From assembly GCF_963853765.1 (NCBI RefSeq), contig NC_088854.1, positions 24,800,001 to 24,864,000 on the forward strand: a stretch of 64,000 nucleotides of DNA. Direction: 5' to 3'. The position numbers and the translations under genes were made by a program. Positions within the stretch are counted from its first letter, which is position 1. Each line of letters begins with the position of its first letter. Source of the DNA: Magallana gigas (Eukaryota). Below the pieces are notes generated by a model. That model searched no databases and was not told the DNA's origin. It saw only the letters and a list, made by a program, of their open reading frames with translations. Of this stretch, positions 63,501 through 64,000 are shown piece by piece.

Positions 63501-63821
63501 CTGTCATAAGCACATTTAGTATTTGAGTAAAATATACATTCTTTGAAAATGCATAAATGTGTCAATTGTAGATTTCAAAAGTATATACCGGTATGTGAAG
63601 AGAGTACAATATAAATGCTTGATCTTTGATTCACAGATTGTGTGAAGGACTGTAAGGGTAAAGCCAGTGGCGAGTACCAGTCTTGCAAGACATGTGGGGG
63701 ATATGTGACGTGTGTCTGGGGCATACTGTACGAGCGCCAGTGTCCAGCTGGACTGGAATGGAATGACAATCTCAAAGTGTGTGACTGGCCAAACGCGGCA
63801 GGGTGTGCGTTAGCGGGTTAG
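506..63821 (+). CDS. Giant secreted multi-domain chitin-binding-type protein (~8,150 aa, 108 coding exons): SP - IgGFc-binding N domain - acidic motif - TSP1 - 49x(CBM14 'P' + Cys linker + 4-Cys CBM14-like 'Q') - F5/8C discoidin - N/S/T stalk - CBM14
   Basis: Every inferred intron is GT-AG and phases are compatible at each junction. Exon lengths sum to 24,453 nt (1,684 N-terminal + 21,747 array + 1,022 C-terminal) = 8,151 codons including TAG 63819-63821. AATAAA at 63951-63956. Single-gene continuity is inferred from phase compatibility and from finding no other start, signal peptide or terminal stop exon in between. Confidence 0.85.
1117..2417 (+). CDS. Coding exon 2: IgGFc-binding protein N-terminal (FCGBP-N) domain
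   Basis: ORF 1071-2432 has family-typical motifs (DNIGKEYVLMFMEN, LPVDTLGTEYY, DHLVEQLTPVDTWGKKFVTVP, DPSMITIPP, SYGFPTGMRL). Acceptor TAG|CT at 1116/1117, phase-0 donor GCC|GTAAGT at 2417/2418. Confidence 0.9.
2444..2517. repeat. (TC)n microsatellite, ~37 units
   Basis: Uninterrupted TC tract in the intron just after exon 2. Confidence 0.97.
4153..4252 (+). CDS. Coding exon 3: PCKRTSPIPGDGIDNDCDGKIDEELCTPSNNKR, acidic putative metal-binding motif (not in ORF track)
   Basis: ACAG|CCG phase-0 acceptor, AGAG|GTAGG phase-1 donor; GDGIDNDCDG..DE motif. Confidence 0.85.
4342..5472. mobile_element. Non-autonomous TIR (foldback-like) element with subterminal tandem arrays
   Basis: Left end CGAAAGACGAAAAGGGCCACAT and right end ATGTGGCCCTATTCGTCTTTCG are inverted, inside TATATA flanks. 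Arrays of ~21/43-bp units (TTATTACGAGAAAAGATCTCG / TTATTACGAGTTAATTATCTCG) at ~4375-4620 are mirrored at ~5240-5435. Confidence 0.8.
5718..5768 (+). CDS. Coding exon 4 (51 nt): DDDQDGETDEDCALPLP, second half of the acidic motif
   Basis: Poly-T CCAAG|AT acceptor, CCAG|GTGGG donor, phase 1-1. Confidence 0.8.
5934..6107 (+). CDS. Coding exon 5: thrombospondin type-1 (TSP1) repeat (not in ORF track frame)
   Basis: Translates VDGGWSNWQSWGQCTASCENGTMARQRTCDNPAPAYGGQNCSGSGQETKPCDTGKACP, with canonical WxxWxxW, CxxxC and RxRxC; phase 1-1. Confidence 0.93.
6330..9108 (+). CDS. First array exons: P 6330-6551, Q 7985-8209, P 8890-9108 (CBM14-type domains)
   Basis: P exons have six Cys with peritrophin-A spacing (C-x13-C-x5-C-xn-C-x12-C-x7..9-C). 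The Q exon reads CDYVQNKC...CEPCPKRLPSC...NRT...YFNP...C. All phase 1-1. Confidence 0.88.
6631..7881 (+). mobile_element. Internally deleted pogo-like (Tc1/mariner superfamily) DNA transposon
   Basis: TIRs CTGTAAACGTGG..TTGACGA (6631) and TCGTCAAAATTTCCACGTTTACAG (to 7881), flanked by TA on both sides; encloses a DDE_1 transposase remnant. Confidence 0.88.
6809..7491 (+). pseudogene. DDE_1 (pogo/Tigger-type) transposase remnant
   Basis: WTMEQLGARQV..GDKRQITALF..LPPQLIY*G (TAG 6935-6937), then a frameshift into THSPNHWS..IFDVFAAH..VPAGCTDELQPLD. No room for the N-terminal DNA-binding region. Confidence 0.85.
9875..18156 (+). repeat. Tandem array of a 1,341-1,343-bp four-exon unit (6 full copies + a 7th exon A)
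   Basis: Exon A starts at 9875, 11217, 12559, 13901, 15242, 16583, 17926. Exons and introns are near-identical, with scattered SNPs and small indels. Confidence 0.97.
9875..18156 (+). CDS. 25 array exons within the tandem expansion (Q,P,Q,P x6 + Q)
   Basis: U1 9875-10105, 10240-10449, 10545-10772, 10890-11102; U2 11217-11447, 11582-11791, 11887-12114, 12232-12444; U3 12559-12789, 12924-13133, 13229-13456, 13574-13786; U4 13901-14131, 14266-14475, 14572-14799, 14915-15127; U5 15242-15472, 15607-15816, 15913-16140, 16256-16468; U6 16583-16813, 16948-17157, 17254-17481, 17599-17811; last 17926-18156. All GT-AG, phase 1-1. Confidence 0.88.
18292..30639 (+). CDS. Array exons, post-expansion modules 1-12 (alternating P/Q)
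   Basis: 18292-18534, 18945-19175, 19755-19994, 20424-20654, 20748-20948, 21258-21488, 21589-21804, 22284-22511, 22779-23018, 23213-23443, 23614-23853, 24152-24382, 24650-24850, 25413-25643, 26635-26844, 27148-27375, 27651-27905, 28022-28249, 28354-28593, 28880-29110, 29208-29402, 29641-29871, 30054-30263, 30409-30639. Each length is a multiple of 3; Cys patterns conserved. Confidence 0.88.
26037..26367. mobile_element. ~330-bp MITE-like element containing a tRNA-derived segment
   Basis: Imperfect TIRs AGGTGATATGGGACATCT (26037) and AGGTGTCCCATACCACCT (26350-26367). GGCATATATAGG is repeated at both ends. On the minus strand ~26200-26267 has A-box-like ACAGTGGGTTAGAG and B-box GAGTTCGAATCCC. 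Confidence 0.55.
30818..43200 (+). CDS. Array exons, post-expansion modules 13-25 (module 20 is a fused P+Q exon)
   Basis: 30818-31057, 31576-31806, 32141-32341, 32683-32910, 33050-33262, 33412-33645, 34044-34256, 34365-34595, 34714-34926, 35067-35297, 35693-35890, 36328-36555, 36680-36895, 36987-37217, 37384-37824 (fused), 38143-38343, 38622-38852, 39825-40037, 40490-40717, 40958-41170, 41257-41484, 41573-41779, 42088-42321, 42439-42651, 42970-43200. Confidence 0.88.
38928..39580 (+). mobile_element. Decayed Helentron-like non-autonomous element with ~160-bp internal repeats
   Basis: Start TTTATAGCTCACCCGAACCGAATGTTCAAGTGAGTTCTTCTGATCA resembles the 57218 element. Diverged repeated blocks (AAACCATG..CCCCA..GTTCAAAGTTTAACA); 3' end uncertain. 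Confidence 0.6.
43511..53529 (+). CDS. Array exons, post-expansion modules 26-35
   Basis: 43511-43720, 43843-44070, 44161-44373, 44547-44774, 44973-45185, 45554-45781, 45884-46087, 46940-47161, 47311-47523, 47727-47957, 48164-48370, 48508-48735, 49079-49291, 49883-50104, 50251-50469, 50620-50835, 50927-51139, 51586-51795, 52998-53210, 53305-53529. Confidence 0.86.
45323..45490. mobile_element. Tc1/mariner-type MITE, right TIR truncated
   Basis: TA|CAGTTGAACTTCGATATCTCGAACA with internal CGATATCTCGAA repeats. The right end TGTTCGAGATAACGAAGT matches the inverted left end but lacks its last ~7 nt. Confidence 0.65.
46167..46742. mobile_element. ~575-bp non-autonomous TIR element
   Basis: AAGGACTATGTGCGG..GCCCCC at left, GGGGGC..CCGCACTTAGTCCTT at right (14/15 terminal match). 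No clean TSD seen. Confidence 0.65.
56975..57183 (+). CDS. F5/8 type C (discoidin) domain, exon 1 of 3
   Basis: DICNQQLVSG..VPDSAFSASSSY..ARIN..GAWSAQ..DQWIQ. Acceptor TTAG|AT (phase 1), donor CAG|GTGAG (phase 0). Confidence 0.9.
57218..57670 (+). mobile_element. 3'-truncated Helentron-associated (HINE/DINE-1-like) element
   Basis: TTTTTAGCTCACCTGAGCTGAAAGCTCAAGTGAGCTATTCTGATCAC head, (GTCC/GTCT)n microsatellite, then two diverged ~165-bp monomers. Confidence 0.8.
57688..57902. mobile_element. ~215-bp MITE-like element
   Basis: GGTAAAATGGGTA at left and TACCCATTTTACC at right (13-bp perfect inverted ends, extending imperfectly). Confidence 0.55.
58494..58590. repeat. Perfect palindrome, 48-bp arms with 1-nt spacer
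   Basis: AACAATTAAACACAAGAAACATGCACTACATGTATAACAAATAAAGAA - C - exact reverse complement. Confidence 0.95.
59127..60575 (+). mobile_element. Helentron-like element carrying ~6.5 monomers of a ~166-bp Cg170-like satellite
   Basis: 5' TTTTTAGCTCACCTGAG; monomer marker AGGAAAGC at ~59231, 59395, 59561, 59726 (variant), 59893, 60058. 3' subterminal CTCAGGTGAG (inverse of the 5' CTCACCTGAG), hairpin GGCCCATGGGCC, end CTCTTGTT. Cg170 assignment is from recall. Confidence 0.85.
60803..60964 (+). CDS. F5/8 type C domain, exon 2 of 3
   Basis: VNLSEPSLIRGIMTQGR..QWVKKYRVQYSMD..W; phase 0-0 (TTAG|GTG, ACA|GTCAGT). Confidence 0.88.
62495..62642 (+). CDS. F5/8 type C domain, exon 3 of 3 (not in ORF track)
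   Basis: IFVGNTDENSIVTNNFDCPVIAKCIRVNPLDWNNHISMRFDLLGC, the canonical discoidin C-terminus; phase 0-1. Confidence 0.92.
62975..63247 (+). CDS. Low-complexity Asn/Ser/Thr/Ala stalk exon (not in ORF track on +)
   Basis: TCAG|GA acceptor, AGTG|GTAAAA donor, 273 nt open; GNSTSAPPTTAASNSTAPANGTT...NMTSAAMTTQSATS. Confidence 0.85.
63376..63420 (+). CDS. 45-nt linker exon AGATTVSNNSKTGAG
   Basis: TTTAG|CT acceptor, GGAA|GTAAGT donor, phase 1-1. Confidence 0.75.
63637..63821 (+). CDS. Terminal exon: canonical CBM14 (chitin-binding type 2) domain + stop
   Basis: NCVKDCKGKASGEYQSCKTCGGYVTCVWGILYERQCPAGLEWNDNLKVCDWPNAAGCALAG*. Confidence 0.92.
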
Positions 63822-63950
63822 ATCCGTCGTCTGTGACAGAACCCAATGCTTAGAGAGCTTTTATTTCCAACGCACAGCATTACGTTCATCGACTTTTTTT
63901 TCGTCATTATTTCATATGTATTATTTTACGTTTTTAAATTATTGAACATT

Positions 63951-63956
63951 AATAAA
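63951..63956 (+). promoter_or_regulatory. Candidate polyadenylation signal AATAAA
   Basis: First AATAAA after the stop (130 nt downstream), followed by T/GT-rich sequence. Confidence 0.55.
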
Positions 63957-64000
63957 TTTCGTTGCAATTTGTGTCCGTCGTTCGAATTTATTGATTTTGA

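Overview
AT-rich animal genomic DNA, very probably an oyster (Crassostrea/Magallana-type bivalve), judged from Helentron-like elements carrying ~166-bp Cg170-like satellite monomers. Almost the whole window is one + strand intron-rich gene, which I rebuilt by hand from GT-AG splice sites. It has 108 coding exons from ATG 506 to TAG 63821, about 24.45 kb of CDS and about 8,150 aa, with no stop or frameshift in my reconstruction. Predicted architecture: signal peptide, IgGFc-binding (FCGBP-N) domain, acidic DxDxDG-type motif pair, TSP1, then 49 tandem two-part modules, then an F5/8 type C (discoidin) domain, an Asn/Ser/Thr-rich stalk and a terminal tachycitin-like CBM14. Each module is a 6-Cys CBM14/peritrophin-A domain ('P'), a Cys-rich linker and a 4-Cys CBM14-like domain ('Q'). 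Part of the array (9.9-18.2 kb) is a recent near-identical tandem expansion of a 1,342-bp four-exon unit, and an older 4-module periodicity follows it. Introns hold a decayed pogo-like transposon, several TIR elements, Helentron-like elements, a (TC)n tract and a perfect 97-nt palindrome. The many short ORFs in the supplied track are exons or antisense shadows of this gene, not separate genes. Coordinates and counts are manual and need RNA evidence; I cannot check database novelty.
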